44,404 nt of DNA from Pseudobdellovibrionaceae bacterium (GTDB lineage: Bacteria; Bdellovibrionota; Bdellovibrionia; Bdellovibrionales; UBA1609). How positions within the stretch are numbered: the first letter of the stretch is position 1; every line of letters begins with the position of its first letter. The notes under the pieces are model-generated. The model saw only the letters and a list, made by a program, of their open reading frames with translations, made no database searches and was not told where the DNA came from. A program made the position numbers and the translations under genes. Below, piece after piece: positions 42,619-44,404 of the stretch. The DNA is taken from assembly GCA_002686065.1 (NCBI GenBank), contig NYZX01000007.1:1-44404 (forward strand), read 5' to 3'.

Positions 42619-43455
42619 CTAAGCCGGATTACCCGGAACCTGTTTGCGAAACCAAAGCGGCAACAAAATAATCGCCAAAATCAATAACGTTAAACCGCCG
42701 CCAATTCTCATGATGTTCATTGCATAAATGGTGTACTTATTTTTTGACGGGTCGAACTGAAAACAAAACATCAGAACCTGATCTAGAACGGTCCCAATTT
42801 TTCCGTTCGAGGCCTCAAGTAAGGCGAGGCGCATGGTTTTCGGTTCAAATTCAATTCCATGTAGGTACCTGGAGATTTTCCCACCAGGAGTCATAATAAT
42901 CGCCGCTGAGGCATGCGAATACTCTTGTGAGCCCTCGAGCCACTTAAAACGAAAGCCCACCTCTGAGGTCAGCTTTTGAACGTTTTCTTCCGTGCCTGTT
43001 AGAAAATGCCATCCGGCCTCACCTTCAGGGCGTCCGTAGGCATTCATATAGGTTTTCTTTTTGCTTGCAGCTAACTTCGGAGTCTCGCGGTGGTTCATGC
43101 TGACGGCAACCACTTCATAGTCACGGCCCGCGGTCCAATCCAACTGCTTCAAAGACTCTAAAACACCATTTAGGTGAAAGTTGCACATACTTGGGCAGTC
43201 ATAATAAACGACACTTAATAACACGGGCTTATTTGTGAAGTACTGCCCCAAAGTGACGGTCTTACCCGTCTCGTCCAAGAACTCGGTTCCCAGAGTCGGG
43301 AACACACCGAGCTTTTCGTCGATGCCTACGCCTTGAATTTCAGCCGGAACCTCATGAGCCAAACGCTCACGATTGTTCGGATCATAGGCCTGCGCACCTG
43401 TTACCAGAGCGCTGAGGGCGAAGATCGAAATCAAAGACATCCAGGGTGACTTCAA
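42619..43455 (-). CDS. SCO1/SenC-family copper chaperone
   Basis: Thioredoxin fold with CPSMC (C-x3-C) and a downstream His (YSHASAAI). TTG start with AAGGAA 7 nt upstream. Additional C-terminal TM helix. Confidence 0.85.
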   Translation of the reverse strand: MKSPWMSLISIFALSALVTGAQAYDPNNRERLAHEVPAEIQGVGIDEKLGVFPTLGTEFLDETGKTVTLGQYFTNKPVLLSVVYYDCPSMCNFHLNGVLESLKQLDWTAGRDYEVVAVSMNHRETPKLAASKKKTYMNAYGRPEGEAGWHFLTGTEENVQKLTSEVGFRFKWLEGSQEYSHASAAIIMTPGGKISRYLHGIEFEPKTMRLALLEASNGKIGTVLDQVLMFCFQFDPSKNKYTIYAMNIMRIGGGLTLLILAIILLPLWFRKQVPGNPA

Positions 43456-43466
43456 CGAACTATTCC

Positions 43467-43991
43467 TTATTCGGCCGTTTTCCCGAAAGCCTCTAATGCG
43501 GCAGCATCATCTTTCGGAGCGTTGTTAGTAATCGATCGGATCCAATGAACCACGGCCCAGCGATCATTCTTAGCGACATGTTTAAACGCCGCCATCGATG
43601 TCCCTGGGATTCCCGTTTGAAGAGTTTTAAATAAAGCGATGCTTGTTCCGCCCTGTTTCCACTGACCTTCAACAAGGTTACGAACAGCAATACCAGCAGC
43701 ACCGGGTCCATCCCCCATGCCCTTGTCTCCATGACAAACGGCACAGTTGGTTTTATAAACGCTCGCCCCATGCTTGATCATGTCTTCGGTTGAAACCCAT
43801 GGGTTTTCAACAGCTGAGGGGTCGAACTTTACTTTAGCAGGAGCGCCATCGGCAGCCGGCTCAACCACTTCATTAAGGCCAACGACACCCTTGTCGACAA
43901 CACTGAGATAAACAATCAAAGCTAAGCTTGCACCAAAACTGACAAGGAAAGCCAATAATCCGCCTGAATTATGATCTTTTAATTCGCTCAT
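43467..43991 (-). CDS. membrane-anchored class I cytochrome c
   Basis: N-terminal TM helix, CAVCHG heme site, distal Met in GTSMAAF. Confidence 0.8.
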   Translation of the reverse strand: MSELKDHNSGGLLAFLVSFGASLALIVYLSVVDKGVVGLNEVVEPAADGAPAKVKFDPSAVENPWVSTEDMIKHGASVYKTNCAVCHGDKGMGDGPGAAGIAVRNLVEGQWKQGGTSIALFKTLQTGIPGTSMAAFKHVAKNDRWAVVHWIRSITNNAPKDDAAALEAFGKTAE

Positions 43992-44114
43992 ACCCTAACC
44001 ATTCGTTCATCGCACCACAGAGGCACGAATGACATATGTACTTGTAATAATATTGGAAACCTATCACCCAGCCCAATTGGTGTCACGTTTGTATAAGCTA
44101 AGTGCGCGTCGTTT

Positions 44115-44399
44115 TTACCCAATTGGAAATCCTGTTTTCAAAAGGCGACGATCTAGGTCGAGGGATGAAATTTTGTCGAAGCCCTGTTCGACCAACTTTT
44201 CACCGAATTGGTTTAGCTGATCGGCAACGAATGTCCTGATCAATCTGTCGACGACACTTAACTTTTTTCCTGAAACGCCCTGTTTATAGGCTTTTTCAGT
44301 CGAATTTACCCGGCGCAGCAGGCATAGTGTCTGAACTAAAGGACCTCTTACCCAAGGCTGGACCATGACTTTAAAACTGAAATTGATTTTGATTTTCAT
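44115..44399 (-). CDS. hypothetical protein
   Basis: 94-aa ORF at the window edge. No motif recognised, and the start may be the internal Met (MVQPW...). Confidence 0.3.
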   Translation of the reverse strand: MKIKINFSFKVMVQPWVRGPLVQTLCLLRRVNSTEKAYKQGVSGKKLSVVDRLIRTFVADQLNQFGEKLVEQGFDKISSLDLDRRLLKTGFPIG

Positions 44400-44404
44400 C
44401 TTTA

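Noticed and set aside
1-44404. A window-wide search by eye for CRISPR arrays, tRNA or rRNA genes, integrases, phage genes, toxin-antitoxin pairs and known defence-system hallmarks.
   Set aside because: I found no regularly spaced direct repeats, no cloverleaf candidates in the intergenic gaps (all 300 nt or shorter) and no matching protein motifs. Such features can still be missed without computational scans.

Overview
This 44.4-kb window is chromosomal DNA from a moderate-GC Gram-negative bacterium. The many orphan signal-peptide and lipoprotein genes would fit a Bdellovibrio-like or Oligoflexia lineage, but that is only a guess.

I can support about 50 densely packed protein genes. I saw no rRNA, tRNA, CRISPR array, integrase, prophage or canonical defence or toxin-antitoxin genes. 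The recognisable blocks, in order, are:
- an ECF sigma/anti-sigma/secreted-protein trio
- envelope-modification genes: an OpgC-like acyltransferase, an HD hydrolase and two LTA-synthase/OpgB-type enzymes
- a CsoR-headed five-gene metal operon with a perfect 19-bp operator
- a pirin gene and an orphan response regulator
- a SIMPL protein
- a Cys-rich 709-aa lipoprotein, divergent from a DsbD/thioredoxin pair
- a degenerate RAYT-like (IS200-type Y1) gene
- phnDCE
- a coupled PHP-M20-OlsB-like-OlsA-like aminolipid operon
- a class-II glutamine amidotransferase (GATase) and a GrpB protein
- a GlpT-like MFS transporter
- a stand-alone HNH endonuclease
- purN
- a NodB deacetylase plus a GNAT
- a secreted three-repeat protein
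- FAH, Gpx and MaiA
- ogt
- a complete caa3-type cytochrome c oxidase operon (cytochrome c, SCO1, subunits II, I, III and IV, ctaB)

Most of this is housekeeping. The leads most worth a second look are:
1. The CsoR-controlled envelope metal module, which is built from mer-like transport parts and has no efflux ATPase.
2. A 127-nt nested inverted repeat with 29-bp perfect arms next to an HNH gene whose start looks frame-disrupted. It may be linked to the RAYT-like gene, whose HUH motif has become H-Y-E.
3. The aminolipid operon hard-wired to a phosphoesterase and an amidohydrolase, divergent from phnDCE, with Pho-box-like repeats between them.
4. An unrecognised three-repeat Cys-framed secreted protein.

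None of these is proven to be a new system. All family calls rest on motifs read by eye, not on database searches.
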